DNA of 64,000 nt from Candidatus Latescibacterota bacterium (GTDB lineage: Bacteria; Latescibacterota; UBA2968; UBA8231). Both the position numbers and the translations under genes were made by a program. Positions 1 to 11,456 of the stretch are shown here, piece after piece. The stretch spans positions 256,001-320,000 of the forward strand of contig CBDCXV010000010.1 of the NCBI GenBank assembly GCA_965223905.1, in the 5' to 3' direction. The notes below the pieces were generated by a model. It worked only from the letters and a program-made list of their open reading frames with translations, made no database searches and was not told the origin of the DNA. How positions within the stretch are numbered: the first letter of the stretch is position 1; each line of letters opens with the position of its first letter.

Positions 1-2
1 TC

Positions 3-269
3 CGCCTCAACTGCGTCTCCCCCGGCGTCACCCGGACCGGGATGATCGAAAAGGTGATGGCCTCGGGCGCTTCCTCCATGGACCGCTACCGCAACCGCAC
101 CCCTCTAGGACGGATCGCCGAGGTCGAGGAGATCGCCAGCGCCGTCCTCTTCCTGGTATCGGACCGCGCCTCGTACATCACCGGGGAGAACCTGCGCGTC
201 GACGGCGGCTGGGTGCCCTGGGGCAACCTCGAAGCCGTCGGCTTTCCCGAAGATGACGGCAGGACTTGA
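3..269 (+). CDS. SDR family oxidoreductase, C-terminal part (5' end outside window)
   Basis: Frame reads RLNCVSPGVTRTGM...TPLGRIAEVEEIASAVLFLVSDRASYITGENLRVDGG, a typical SDR C-terminus. Confidence 0.9.
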   Translation, partial: RLNCVSPGVTRTGMIEKVMASGASSMDRYRNRTPLGRIAEVEEIASAVLFLVSDRASYITGENLRVDGGWVPWGNLEAVGFPEDDGRT

Positions 270-1027
270 CTTCGCCGGCAGGACCGTGGTCGTCACCGGC
301 GCCGGCGGCGGGCTCGGCTCGGACATGGCCCGCCGCTTCGGCGAGGCCGGGGCTTTCGCGGTGGTCGCCGACATCGACGCGGCAGCCGGCCATGCCGTCG
401 CAGAGGAGTTGCGCGGCGACGGCATCGAGGCCGTGTACCGCCGGCTCGACGTGCGCGATCCGGCGTTCCAGCGCCGGCCTCGTCGAGGCGGTGGCCGGCG
501 AGCGCGGCCGCGTCGACGTCTGGGTCAACAACGCCGGGGTGGCCCACAAGGGGCCGGCTGAAACCCTGCCGCAGGAGCAGTGGCGGGAGAGTATCGACGT
601 CATGCTCTCGGGCGCCTTCTACTGCGCCCAGGCGGCGGCCCGCCCCATGCTGGAACAGGGACGGGGCGTGATCGTCAACGTCGCTTCCATCATCGGCTGC
701 TTCCCGATCGAGCAGCGCGTCGCCTACGGCACCGCCAAGGCGGGACTGATCGCCCTCACCGAAGCCCTCGGGATCGAGTGGGCGGACCGCGGGGTGCGCG
801 TCGTCGGCGTCGCCCCGGCGGTGGTGATGACGGAGATGGTGCGCAAGGGGCTGGCCGAGGGCACGGCCACGGTCGCCGCGTACGAGCGCCGCACCCCGAT
901 GCGAAGGCTCGGCACGAAACGCGAGGTCTCCGATGCCGTCCTCTACCTCGCCAGCGACGAGGCCTCGTTCATTACCGCCGAGACCCTGAAGATAGACGGG
1001 GGCTGGGGCGCCTATTCCTTCTTCTGA
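253..1027 (+). CDS. SDR family oxidoreductase (frameshift near 468)
   Basis: TGAGGGLG NAD-binding motif in ORF 253..561; NNAG, YGTAK and IDGG motifs in ORF 266..1027. Confidence 0.9.
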
Positions 1028-1039
1028 GAAAGGGCATTT

Positions 1040-1517
1040 GTGAAAGTCGCCGGAGCGGCGCACACGTCGTACACGGTTTCGACCTGGCGCGGTCCAAGCA
1101 GTTCTACTGCGGCCTTCTCGGCTGCGAGGTGCTGTGGGAGCGGGAGATCGTCGAGACCTATTTCCGCGCCATCGTCGGTTTTCCCGATTGCGTGGTGAAG
1201 GCGGCGCAGCTGCGCATTCCCGGATCGGACCACGTGCTCGAGCTGTTCGAGTACGCGCATCCGCGCGCCGCCCCGCGGTGCCGCCGGTCAACCACCCGGG
1301 AAGCTCCCACATCGCCTTCCTCGTCGACGACATCCACGCCGCCTGCGAGGAGCTCGGGGCCCGGGGGGTGGCGATCCGCTCCGACCCGGTGGAGGTCGAC
1401 TACGGCGCCAACAAGGGGGCCTGGGGGGTGTACATCGAAGACCCGGACGGCATCCCCATGGAGCTGTTCCAGCCCCGCGTTGACCGGCGCCGGCACCGCG
1501 AATCACCGCCCTGTTGA
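1040..1517 (+). CDS. VOC/glyoxalase family protein (frameshifted)
   Basis: GTG at 1040; across frames: AHTSYTV-DLARSKQFY...LELFEY...SHIAFLVDDI...YIEDPDGIPMELFQ. Confidence 0.8.
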
Positions 1518-1626
1518 CACCGCCGCCACCCCAGCCCCGTTCCGTCCGCCTGATTTCGCGGCCTAGCGGGAATCCGCGCCGGACTCGCCCGGACTCGCGA
1601 CGACGCCATTTGCCGATCGGGAACCG

Positions 1627-2385
1627 ATGACCCTCCGCTTCGCCTGCAGCAGCCTGACCTGGCCCCACGAGGAGCTCGAGCGCAATCTCGCCCTGCTCGC
1701 CCCAAGCGGCTACGAAGGGTGGGAGACCCGCGAGCCCCTCGACATCCTCGGCCCGCCGCGGCGCCTGCTGCGCCTGTGCGCCTCCGCCGGCATCGAGATC
1801 GCCGCGGTGACCGGGCCGAACGTCACGCGCTCGACCGCGGACCCGGCGCAGCAGATCTGCAAGCGCCGCATCGAGTACGCCGCCGACCTCGGGGTCGGGC
1901 TGTTCATGACCAAGGGACCGGGGCACGGAGAGGTCTCGCCGGCCCCGGACGGAGAGCTCGACCGCATCGCCGCGGTGTACGAGGACCTCGCCGAGCACGG
2001 GGACCGGCTCGGGGTCGCGGTGACCTACCACCCGCACGAGAACCACTTCGTCGACAGCGCCGGCGAGTGGCGGCGGTTCATGCCGCGGCTGCGGGTCTGC
2101 CGCTTGTGCCTCGACGTGATGCACGCCGTGCTGTGGGGGTGGGATCCGGCCGCGGCGGCGCGGGAGTTCGCCGGCCGCATCGCCTACGTCCACCTGCACG
2201 GAAGGAAGGGGAAGGAGCCGGCCGACCTCGACGACGGTCCCTTGTGCGACTACGCCGGGTTCCTGTGTACGCTCGAGGAGGAGCTAGGGTTCTCGGGGTG
2301 GGTGGTGGTCCTGCCGGGGGGCCGGCGGCCCGCGGAGGAGAGCATCCGCCGCAACCGCGACTACCTGCGCGGCCTGGGATACTGA
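1627..2385 (+). CDS. sugar phosphate isomerase/epimerase (TIM barrel)
   Basis: GYEGWE, YHPHENH, LCLDVMH, YVHLH motifs. Confidence 0.8.
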   Translation: MTLRFACSSLTWPHEELERNLALLAPSGYEGWETREPLDILGPPRRLLRLCASAGIEIAAVTGPNVTRSTADPAQQICKRRIEYAADLGVGLFMTKGPGHGEVSPAPDGELDRIAAVYEDLAEHGDRLGVAVTYHPHENHFVDSAGEWRRFMPRLRVCRLCLDVMHAVLWGWDPAAAAREFAGRIAYVHLHGRKGKEPADLDDGPLCDYAGFLCTLEEELGFSGWVVVLPGGRRPAEESIRRNRDYLRGLGY

Positions 2386-2479
2386 GCGGGAACCCAAGGC
2401 CGCCCGAAGCAACGGAAAGGATCCGCCGATCTCGGCCACGGCCCGTAGTCGACTACCTGCGCGGCCTGGATACTGAGCG
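2358..2479 (+). repeat. ~30-bp direct repeat duplicating the 3' end of the epimerase gene
   Basis: CGACTACCTGCGCGGCCTGG(G)ATACTGAGCG at 2358-2388 and 2450-2479. Confidence 0.85.
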
Positions 2480-2728
2480 AATCGCCCCAAAACCCCGGGC
2501 CGCTCGAGTACGAACGGAAACCGGTGGGCTACGGTTTCCCTCTGCGCCGCCCTCATGCCTGCGGCCCCGGCTGCAACGGGGTTCCACAAAGCCGCGGATC
2601 ATCTCCGGACAAGGGCTGCCGCGAATCTCCCCCGGCGAAGAACCGCTTTATAGCGACCGGCCGCATCCGCCGCCCAATCGATCCCACGACCGTCCGGCTC
2701 CACTGTGTGTAAAGGGGCGAACCCCCCT

Positions 2729-3763
2729 TCAGCGCCGGATCCGGGCGAGCTTGGCCTGGAAATCCTCCCGGTCGAGCACCTCCCTGTTGACCAGGGCCGC
2801 GGGGATCTTCCCCGCCATGATCTCCTGCGCCTGGGCGAGCTTGCCGCTCCAGGCGGTGGTGTAGTACTCGTCGGTGTGGCAGAGCGAGTGCGGGGAGACG
2901 ACGACGTTCTCCATGCGCAGCAGCGGGTTGTCCGGGTCGACCGGCTCCTGCTCGAAGACGTCGAGGCCGGCCCCCCGGATCGTCCCCTGCCGCAGCGCCT
3001 CGATCAGGGCCGGCTCGTCGACGACGGAGCCCCGCGAGGTGTTTACGAGGTAGGCGGACGGCTTCATGCGCCGCAGCTCTTCGGCGCCGATCAGGTGCCG
3101 CGTCTCGCCGTTCAGGGGCACGCAGATGCAGACGAAGTCCGACTCGGCCAGCAGGCGGCCGCGGTCGACCAGCTCCACCCCGAGGCCGTCCAGGGCTTCC
3201 GGTCTCGCGTACGGATCGCAGGCCAGCAGCCTCATGGCGAACGGCTGCGCCAGGACGAGGACCTCGCGCCCGATGTTGCCCACCCCGATCACTCCCAGGG
3301 TCTTCCCGGTCAGCCCTTCCCCCTTGTAGTCGGCGCGATCCGCCCAGCGCCCTTCGCGGGTGACCCTGTCCTTGTTTATCAGCTTCGTAGCCAGGGCGAG
3401 GATGTGGGTCATGTTGGTCACCGCCATCGGCCGGCGCACGGCGTCGGGAGCGGTGCAGAGCATCACCCCGGCCCCGGTCAGGGCGGCGACGTCGATGTGA
3501 TCGTACCCGACCCCCATGAAGAGCACGGCGATCAGGCGCTCGCTGTCGGCGACGGAGCGGGTCGTCCACGGGACCCCGGCGGAGATGACCATGTCGCAGT
3601 GGGCGACCTGCCCGGGCGCGATCTCCGGCAGAAGCTCGGCGAGCACCTCGTGCTCGACCCCTGGCATGCGGTCGAAGAGACCCAGCCCCTCCCCAGGTAT
3701 TATGAGGTTCTCCCCGGCGTCGAACAGGTCTCGGGTGATGGCGATTCGCACAGTGTCGCTCAT
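2729..3763 (-). CDS. D-2-hydroxyacid dehydrogenase
   Basis: GVGYDHID, GVIGVGNIG, VNTSRGSVVDE, LDVFEQEP, SPH motifs. Confidence 0.92.
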   Translation of the reverse strand: MSDTVRIAITRDLFDAGENLIIPGEGLGLFDRMPGVEHEVLAELLPEIAPGQVAHCDMVISAGVPWTTRSVADSERLIAVLFMGVGYDHIDVAALTGAGVMLCTAPDAVRRPMAVTNMTHILALATKLINKDRVTREGRWADRADYKGEGLTGKTLGVIGVGNIGREVLVLAQPFAMRLLACDPYARPEALDGLGVELVDRGRLLAESDFVCICVPLNGETRHLIGAEELRRMKPSAYLVNTSRGSVVDEPALIEALRQGTIRGAGLDVFEQEPVDPDNPLLRMENVVVSPHSLCHTDEYYTTAWSGKLAQAQEIMAGKIPAALVNREVLDREDFQAKLARIRR

Positions 3764-3771
3764 GGTGTTTC

Positions 3772-4350
3772 TCAGTCCGTTTCAGTGGGAGTGTCCAGCA
3801 CCCCGAGCTCGTCGAGGCGGCGGAGCCAGCGCTGGTGCCGCTGGCCCGGAAGGGAGCGCCAGTGTTCCCCGTACATCCGGCGTTTCTTGCGGGTGAAGAT
3901 CTGGTGGTTTCCCCGCATCTGGCTGACCACCGCCTCGGTCGCCTGCGGGGATTCCGGGTCCTCGTAGTAGACGATTACCCCCTGGCGCCGCCCCGCGGCC
4001 CCGCCGAACGAGGCGTGCCAGAGGCCGACGTCGAAGGCGAGCACGTCGCCCGGCTGCGATTCGAAGACGTGGGCCGGCATCTGCACCGGGGGAATCCCGT
4101 ACGCCTCCCCGGGATCGCTCACGACCATGCCGTGCAGGGGTTGGCGGTGCGAGCCGGGGATGACGCGCAGGGCCCCGGTGGCGCCATCGAGCCGGTCGGG
4201 ATAGTCGAACTCCTCGTCCTCCAGCCAGGCCGCCATCCCGGAATCGAACTCCTCGCTGAAGCGCTCCATCTCCTCAGGGGAGAGCAACTGCCTGAAAACC
4301 AGGAACCCGAAGGTCTCGAAGTGATTGAGCTGTTGTGCGCCGAGTCGCAT
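3772..4350 (-). pseudogene. phytanoyl-CoA dioxygenase family protein with apparent internal deletion
   Basis: FETFGFLVFRQLLS start and GALRVIPGSH...PGDVLAFD..LWHA end, but the central HxD segment is absent. Confidence 0.65.
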
Positions 4351-4493
4351 GATTACCCTTTTGCGTTGGCGGCCGCCTTCCGGCCGCCGTCGATTTTCCG
4401 CAACACCGGACCTGATTGCAAGCCCGGCGCCGCGGCCTCCGCGGTCGCCCCTTCGAGCGGCTTGCAGACATCACAACGAACGAGGAGACGGTC

Positions 4494-5534
4494 ATGAGCG
4501 ACCTCAAGGTCGGCATAGTGGGACTGGGCTGGGTTGCCGGCGCCCACATCGAAACCTTCAAGTCGGTAGAGGGGGGCAGCGTCACCGCGGTCTGCTCCCG
4601 CAGGGAACACGACGAGGCCGACCTGGCAGCGCAGTTCGGCACCCCGCTGAAGGCGTACACCAGCTTCGACGAGATGCTGGCCGACGGCGACATCGACGTC
4701 GTCGACATCTGCACCCCCCACCCCTTCCACGCGGAGCAGGCGATCGCCGCGGCGCGCGCCGGCAAGCACCTGATCATCGAGAAGCCGGTCTGCCTCACGT
4801 ACGAGGACCTGGTGGCGATGGGGGAGGCGATAGGCGAGAGCGGCGTCGAGGTCTGCGTCTGCTTCGAGTGCCGCTACAGCGCCCACTTCACCCTGATCCG
4901 CTCGGTCATCGACCAGGGTCTGCTCGGCGACCTGCATTTCGCCGAGGTCGACTACTACCACGGCATCGGGCCCTGGTACGGGCAGTACGGCTGGAACGTC
5001 AAGAAGGAGATGGGAGGCAGCTCCCTGCTGACCGCGGGCTGCCACGCCCTGGACGCCTGCCTGTTCTTCATGGACGGCAGCGTCGAGGAGGTGTCGAGCT
5101 ACCAGGTGATGTCGAAGGGGGCGGACTTCGCGCCCTACGAGTACAACACCACCAGCGTCAGCACCCTGAAGTTCGCCGGCGGCGAAAAGCTCGCCAAGGT
5201 CACCTCCTGCATCGACTGCCTGCAGCCCTACTACTTCCACATCCACCTCGTCGGCAGCGAGGGCAGCCTGCTCGACAACCGGATCTACTCGAAGAAGCTG
5301 AAGGGTATGGTCAAGGACAGGTGGAGCATCCTCGAGACCTCGCTTATCGATTCGGGGGACGTCAGCGACCACCCCTACCAGCCGCAGTTCCAGGCATTCG
5401 TCGACGCCATCGGCAGGAACGAGGCCATGCCGCTGACCGACTGGGACACCGCCTCCGAGTCCTCGCGGGTAGTGTTCGCCGCGGACCTCGCCGCGGCCGA
5501 AGGCCGGCCGGTGGCGATGTCGGAGCTGGCCTGA
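4494..5534 (+). CDS. Gfo/Idh/MocA family oxidoreductase
   Basis: [30 protein letters not shown]; GAGGAG RBS before the ATG at 4494. Confidence 0.92.
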   Translation: MSDLKVGIVGLGWVAGAHIETFKSVEGGSVTAVCSRREHDEADLAAQFGTPLKAYTSFDEMLADGDIDVVDICTPHPFHAEQAIAAARAGKHLIIEKPVCLTYEDLVAMGEAIGESGVEVCVCFECRYSAHFTLIRSVIDQGLLGDLHFAEVDYYHGIGPWYGQYGWNVKKEMGGSSLLTAGCHALDACLFFMDGSVEEVSSYQVMSKGADFAPYEYNTTSVSTLKFAGGEKLAKVTSCIDCLQPYYFHIHLVGSEGSLLDNRIYSKKLKGMVKDRWSILETSLIDSGDVSDHPYQPQFQAFVDAIGRNEAMPLTDWDTASESSRVVFAADLAAAEGRPVAMSELA

Positions 5535-5765
5535 AGGTCTAGGCCCGGTTCCGGCCGCTGCGGATTCGGGGTGCCGGATCGGCTGATTGACCGATTCGCC
5601 GATCCCGGAACAGGCGGGAAAACCGGGAAATCGCCCACGGGGAGGGCGGCTTTGATTCGGCGGCTCGCAACGGGCCCGGGCTGACGCGAAATGGAGAGCA
5701 CAGGCCCCGGCAGCCTGCGCGCACAGTTCCGCGCGAACTCGGCAGACCGCCCATTGGACGCGCGA

Positions 5766-6950
5766 TCACTCCATGGAGACGAGGTAACCTGTCAGGCCGC
5801 CGGCGAGAATCAGCCAGGCCGGGCTCATGCCGGTGCAGGTGGTGATGAGGAAGGCCATGCCCGCCATCCACCAGGAGAACCCGCCGGTCAGAGAGGCTTC
5901 GGCCAGCTTCACGGTCACCGCCAGCATCAGCCCGGTGGCGCCGGCGTTCACGCCGTCGAGGAAGGCGCCGGCCAAGCGGGACTCGCGCAGCCGCGGGATC
6001 AGCGGGTTGACCGCGGCGACGTAGAAGAACGAGGGCAGGAAGATGGCGACCGTCGCCACCAGGGCTCCCCAGGGGCCGGCGATCACGTAGCCGATGAAGG
6101 TCGCCGTCGACAGCACCGGGCCGGGGGTGAACTGGCCCACGGCAACCGCCTCCATCAGCTGCTCGCCGGTGATCAGGCCGAGATCGTCGACCAGGCCGCC
6201 TTCGAGGAAGGCGATCAGCACGTAGCCGCTGCCGAAGAGGACGGCCCCGACTTTCAGGAAGAAGAGGCCGAGTGCCCACAGCGGCACCGATGCTGCGGCT
6301 CCGCCCGCGGCCATGGCGGCCGCGGAAATCGCCGCGGCCCGCGCCGGCACGGCTCCCAGGGCCGCGGTCAGACCGGCCCAGACCGCGGGCCCGGCCGGGT
6401 TCCGGATGCCGAGCCAGAGCATCCCGAGGAGGCCGGCGGCGAGCAGGGCCACCACCTCGAATCCCTGTCTGTAGGAGACCGCGGCAACCGCGATCCCGAT
6501 CAGCGCCAGGCGCCAGTCCCGGGCCGCGGTGCGCCCGAGCCGGAGGAGGGCCGCGGCGATGACGGCGACGACCACCGGCTTCACCCCGGCGAGGACCGGC
6601 TCCAGCTCCGGCAGGGTCCCCCAGCGCACGTACACGGCGGCGAGCACCCCCGTGACGAGGACCGCCGGGAGAATGAAGCAGATTCCCGCGGTCAGCAGTC
6701 CGGGCCAGCCGCCGCGGCGGTACCCCACGTGGATCGCCATCTCGGTCGAGTTCGGCCCCGGGATCAGGTGCGTCGCCCCGAGGAGATCGAGGAAGCTTTC
6801 GCGCGACAGCCACTTGCGGCGCCCGACGACCTCCTCCTCCATCATGGCGATGTGCGCCGCGGGGCCGCCGAAACCAATGGTCCCCAGCTTCAGGAAGAGG
6901 CGGGCAATCGCCCCGACTGCAACCGGACGTGGCTCCTTCGTCTCCGTCAT
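5766..6950 (-). CDS. chrA: chromate efflux transporter (CHR family)
   Basis: FLKLGTIGFGGPAAHI, PGPNSTEM, FGSGYV, GQFTPGP motifs in two repeated halves. Confidence 0.93.
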   Translation of the reverse strand: MTETKEPRPVAVGAIARLFLKLGTIGFGGPAAHIAMMEEEVVGRRKWLSRESFLDLLGATHLIPGPNSTEMAIHVGYRRGGWPGLLTAGICFILPAVLVTGVLAAVYVRWGTLPELEPVLAGVKPVVVAVIAAALLRLGRTAARDWRLALIGIAVAAVSYRQGFEVVALLAAGLLGMLWLGIRNPAGPAVWAGLTAALGAVPARAAAISAAAMAAGGAAASVPLWALGLFFLKVGAVLFGSGYVLIAFLEGGLVDDLGLITGEQLMEAVAVGQFTPGPVLSTATFIGYVIAGPWGALVATVAIFLPSFFYVAAVNPLIPRLRESRLAGAFLDGVNAGATGLMLAVTVKLAEASLTGGFSWWMAGMAFLITTCTGMSPAWLILAGGLTGYLVSME

Positions 6951-7228
6951 CGGCAGTGAAACCCCGTTGTCATCAAAGGTGCCTGGTGTCGCGCTCCTTC
7001 CGGCGTCGATTCGGCCGAACCAGCATCAGGGGAAATCGACCCGTTGTCCAACCACATCATCCGTGGATTCGACCTCATTGCTCTTTCTGGGGCTCCTGCG
7101 GTCCGGGCCCTTCGGCGTGGGACGGCTCGCCGGAAAATAACCCGGGCCTTCCCCGGCTCAAACTGCTCCTCACCCCTGTTTTCCATAGTCTTGTCGCCCA
7201 CTTCTTCCCCTGACCAGGAGCTGGTTCA

Positions 7229-8201
7229 ATGTCGATCAGGACAGGTGCCGCCCAAACCGACATAACCCCTGCCGGCCCGGTGTGGATGGCCGGGTACGGG
7301 GACCGCGACCGGCGCTCCGAGGGGATGTACCAGCCCCTGGGCGCCGGGGCGATCTATCTCGGGGGAGCGGCCGACGAGGTGGTGCTGATCGCCGCGGACC
7401 TCATCGGCTTCGACCTCGCGTACGCGGCGCAGGCGAAGCAGCGGATCGCCGCGGCCACCGGCATGCTGCCGCGGCAGGTGGTGCTGACGGCGACGCACAC
7501 CCATTGCGGCCCGCTCTTCTACCCGATGATGATGCCGGGCGAGCCGGAGCTGGAGTACGCCGGCGTTCTTCAGCACCGGATGCGCCGGGGACGTGCGGCC
7601 CTGGTACAACCCCGGGGGAGCCGACTTCCGGCGACCTGGGATCGCCGAAGTCGCCGCGGCGGGAAGCGGCCTCGCCGAGGAAGTGCTGGCCGGCAGGGCC
7701 TCCTCGCTGCCTGTCGATGCGGGCGGGCTGAAGATCGCCGGTGACTTCCACCTGCTCCCCTACGCGGATCTCCCCGACGCACCTCACCTCGGCCGCTTCG
7801 CCGCCCGGGAACAGGGGCAGCGCCGGAGGTGGGCGGAATACGTGAAGGGGCTGCTTGCGCAGGGACCGCTGCCGGAGGGCTGTCCGCACGAGATCCAGGT
7901 GCTTCAGCTCAACCCCGGATTCCGGGTCCTGTTCCTGGGAGGGGAGGTGCTGAGCGAGATCGGCCTGCACCTGAAGCGGGCGCTGTCCCCGGCGGTCACC
8001 GTCGCCGCGGCCTGCAGCAACGGCCTGATCGGGTACATCCCCTCGAAGAACGCCTGGCCGTTGGGCGGGTACGAAGTCGCCAGATCCCACTACTACTTCC
8101 GCCTGCCGGCCCCGTTCACCGAGGATGTCGAGGACCGGCTGGTGGAGGCCACCCTCGGCGTCGTGGAGTCGATGCGCCGGGCACCCCGCCTCCTTCCATG
8201 A
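7229..8201 (+). pseudogene. neutral/alkaline ceramidase-like protein, internally deleted and frameshifted
   Basis: DITP..MAGY..R, ATHTHCGP N-terminus joins GDVRPW...LGGEV...GYIP...GGYE C-terminus near 7580-7595 with the middle missing. Confidence 0.75.
7895..8174 (+). repeat. 280-bp direct repeat, copy 1 (3' end of ceramidase-like gene)
   Basis: Aligns to 11672-11951 with about 25 mismatches by manual count, mostly synonymous. Confidence 0.95.
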
Positions 8202-8227
8202 ACCACCCATCCAGCCGTCGCGCAGGA

Positions 8228-8264
8228 GTTTCAATCCGCTCCCCTCACTGAAGCGAAGGGAGAT
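8228..8264 (-). repeat. orphan CRISPR-repeat-like 37-mer
   Basis: GTTTCAATCCGCTCCCCTCACTGAAGCGAAGGGAGAT: internal hairpin; reverse complement ends ATTGAAAC as in many class 1 repeats; single copy, no array. Confidence 0.55.
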
Positions 8265-8698
8265 GGTAAATTTTGGGGGATTAATTACTTGAGTGCGCAA
8301 CCCAACGCCTTGGGAAGCAAAGGCTTAGGGCTTTTTTCCGGTATGGCGTGGGGGGAAGGGGCCAGCGGGAGCAGGAGAGGCGGTCCTATATTGGGGACTC
8401 TATACTGACTTGACCAACCCCGGAGTAAAGAGGCCTAAGCCGCTCCAACCAGACGGCTTCGGCCGGACCTCCGGTGGCACTTTCCGGGTTTTACGGGTCC
8501 CTCCAAGTGCCGGTCGAGGCGTTCGTTCAAGGGTGCGATGTCCTGACGAATCTCTCGCTTGAACTCGTTGATGTCGGCATGGATCAAGCTTCAGAGGGCC
8601 AAACCTACTCCCACTACCAGGGCCTGGGTGAGGTATTGCTCAATAATCCTGTCCGCTAAAAGTCCCTCTTTCCGTAGGTCCTTGCCTTCAATCGTTTC

Positions 8699-10855
8699 TC
8701 ATTTCAGATAGAGCAGCCTCCGCGTATCCGTGCCTTCACGATACGCAAGGCGTGCCAGATACACCCCGGATGACACTTCACTTCCTTCCTGGTCGCGGGC
8801 GTTCCAGACCACATCAAAGAAACCAGACCCCAGGGTTTCATTCACCAGAGTGCGCACACGCTGTCCCAACGTATTGTACACCTCGAGGCGCACTGGTCCG
8901 GGAGCAGCTATGCGATAGGAAATTTGGACGACAGAGTTGAAGGGGTTGGGTGCAATCGCCTCCAATGCACTGACAGCAGGCTCCGAGTATTCGGCCCGGG
9001 ACGCAACCGTAGGGACCGCAGCGAAAGAATCCAAGACATGGGCAGGAATGTCCCAGAGCAGAACCGTTTTGGAGCTGGCGCTGGCCAGAGTTCTGCCGTC
9101 CGGCGAAAACGCCAAGGCACTGACCCTACCCAGATCAGGCGGGCCGTTCATTGTAGCTCTATGGTGACCGGTTTGAAAATCCCACAAGCGAATGATCGTG
9201 GCTTCATCCCAAAATTCAGAGCCATGCCCGATGGCCAGGATTCGTTCGTCCGGGGAGATGGCCATGTGTCCCCTGTCAGGGATCGAAAACTCTATGCTAT
9301 CGCTATATATGGTGGTCGCATCGTACTTAACGTTTCCCACCGCCCGTCTCATGCCGTCCGATGCCCAAACAGAGTCGTCTACCCTGGTATCAGTGTCGAT
9401 AGCGCTAGGAGGAAGGTCCATCATTTTTGGCGAGGCTTTATTCTGAAGATCAACTCCGCTCAGTTTCACGCCCCAGCACAAGATTAGATCGTCACCCGAC
9501 AAAAAAACAAAATGGCCGCAATAACCCCGAACGTTTTCTCTGGTTGCCAGGAGTTCACCTGTTTTAGTGTCCCACAAGTAGATATCGTCATCGCCTGTTC
9601 CCGTAGCCAGCTTGCTTCCGTCCGGTGAAAACGCAGCGGAAGTGCCACTGTACGCGTTGAACCAGTACTCATCATGAACCAGCTTCAGGAGAACATCGGG
9701 CGGATCTGCTTCCATGTTCCACAGGAGGTATATTGCATCATCGGCTCCACTGGCCAACATGTTGCCGTCAGGCGAAAACGCCAAGTGAAGGATGGGATGG
9801 TCGTCATGACCTTTCAGGGTAGCCTGGAGCACCCCGGTGTCAGCGTCCCAAATGCGAATACCGCCATCCTCGCCTCCACCGGCCAAGACATCCCCGGGTG
9901 GGGAAAACAACAGGTTCGTAATCGAACTTGAAACGCTATCGAAGCGGGCCCGAAACTCCAAATCGGGCACCGAATCGTCCGAAATTTCATGGCACGGGGG
10001 ACACGGATCGGACGGCACAAAGTGCCAAGAATCTCTTGGAGGGTCAATCGGCGACAGAATGAAATCCGAAATCAGGGACGCATTTCCCCTTTGGGCTTGG
10101 TCGCTGCAAAAGAAATAAGAAGACGTGTCGTTCTCCCCGGCGTCGCGGTAGAACCATCCAAGGCCAATGATTTTGCCTTCTTCGAGCTCGCTCTGAACGG
10201 AAGCCTCTGGGTCGTTCCAGATTAAGTCGTCCCACAAGGTCCAGGACGACTCGGATACATAGAGGAGGTGCTCTCCTGCAGTTTCGAAGAATTGATGTGC
10301 AAGGTCCATGTACTCCGGCTGGCCGTGCCAAGTAGCCGCAGAGATCCAGTGCAAGGGGTTCGGGGCCCCAATAACGCCAGGCAAATCAGGCAAGCGAATC
10401 TGATACGATTGCGCCCAGCGGCCGTCGAGAAGAAGCAGCTCGTCATCCGTGTAATCTTTATCCCTGTCCAGGGAAAACGAGATGAGTTCGCCCCCGTGAT
10501 CGCCATCCAGTTGAAGGAAAAAGATGTCCCCCGGATGGTCTGGCGTTCCGGTAATAAAATCGTCGTCTTCCCGCCGTTCCAATATGTAGATTTTGTTCTC
10601 CGAATCGCTCCAACTGACGATGATCTCAGAGAAGATTCCATAGTCATACGGGGGGTCGCCACGTTGGTCGCTGCAAATTTGGTAAGCAAAAAGTTTGTAG
10701 TTGTCCTGAATGTCGAACCACTCGTCCCAGAACCCATCAATTACGGGCTCCTCCCCAACAGGCCATTGAAAAACCGGGTGGACCAGATGCTCCGGCGCAT
10801 GCCCAATCGCCGGATATGCAATCGCAAGAATGACCACGAGCACGGTGCTTTTCAT
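8699..10855 (-). CDS. secreted protein: CBM9/DOMON-like domain + WD40 repeats + FlgD-Ig-type C-terminal domain
   Basis: Signal peptide MKSTVLVVILAIAYPAIGHA; repeated AFSPDG..LASG..D..I.LWD; ends PNPFNS...VYNTLGQRVRTLV...WNARD..G...SGVYLARL. Confidence 0.85.
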   Translation of the reverse strand: MKSTVLVVILAIAYPAIGHAPEHLVHPVFQWPVGEEPVIDGFWDEWFDIQDNYKLFAYQICSDQRGDPPYDYGIFSEIIVSWSDSENKIYILERREDDDFITGTPDHPGDIFFLQLDGDHGGELISFSLDRDKDYTDDELLLLDGRWAQSYQIRLPDLPGVIGAPNPLHWISAATWHGQPEYMDLAHQFFETAGEHLLYVSESSWTLWDDLIWNDPEASVQSELEEGKIIGLGWFYRDAGENDTSSYFFCSDQAQRGNASLISDFILSPIDPPRDSWHFVPSDPCPPCHEISDDSVPDLEFRARFDSVSSSITNLLFSPPGDVLAGGGEDGGIRIWDADTGVLQATLKGHDDHPILHLAFSPDGNMLASGADDAIYLLWNMEADPPDVLLKLVHDEYWFNAYSGTSAAFSPDGSKLATGTGDDDIYLWDTKTGELLATRENVRGYCGHFVFLSGDDLILCWGVKLSGVDLQNKASPKMMDLPPSAIDTDTRVDDSVWASDGMRRAVGNVKYDATTIYSDSIEFSIPDRGHMAISPDERILAIGHGSEFWDEATIIRLWDFQTGHHRATMNGPPDLGRVSALAFSPDGRTLASASSKTVLLWDIPAHVLDSFAAVPTVASRAEYSEPAVSALEAIAPNPFNSVVQISYRIAAPGPVRLEVYNTLGQRVRTLVNETLGSGFFDVVWNARDQEGSEVSSGVYLARLAYREGTDTRRLLYLK

Positions 10856-11270
10856 GGCTCTGACTCCTCTGAGAACGGCAGGAATTCGGTCCAGTCGGCC
10901 GCCCACCTGTTCGGCTATTCCTTCCAAGCGGCCAATTCGAGATCGGTTCGTTTCCATCATGGTCGATTCATTCGGGCGGTTCCGTCGACAGGTGGAACAG
11001 GGCCTGCGACCTGGCGGCCCTTCGGTGCACGTCCTGGGGTAAGCGGTCCCATATGTCCCGACGCCGGGCGGCGGCTCCAGGGGCTGGTCGTCCCGTAGGG
11101 CTTCGGCGGCGTCCTCTGGCAATTGTTCAGGCACTGGCATTCCTCCGCAGATCCAGAACTTCTTCGTAAAGCGGATCGAGTGGAATCGCTGAACATTTTT
11201 CTCAACGCCAAATATGGTTCGGCAAGGCTCTCCGTAAAGGCCACGAGAATCAAAGACAACTCATCGGGAA

Positions 11271-11456
11271 TTACCAGCCAAAGCACCCCGCGAAAGTTGT
11301 TCTTGGGGTATCGAATGCCCAGGCAATTGCTTCGAGGCGCACCCTCCGAACGAGCGAGTCGAAGGCGCCGGTATCGACCAGGGATTTGCCGGTCCAGCTT
11401 CGCTGCGGGTCCGCGGGATTGCGGATCGTTACGTCAATCAACATAGATCGCGCCAA
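11271..11456 (-). pseudogene. clan AA aspartic protease remnant
   Basis: VTIRNPADPQRSW.G..LVDTGAFDSLV..LEAI (DTG catalytic motif), truncated. Confidence 0.6.

Noticed and set aside
8228-8264. Functional CRISPR array
   Set aside because: Only one good repeat, no repeat-spacer periodicity and no cas genes in the window
8500-8660. Small coiled-coil ORF remnant on the minus strand (ADINEFKREIRQDIAPLNERLDRHLEG)
   Set aside because: Interrupted by a stop with no clear start; too weak to annotate
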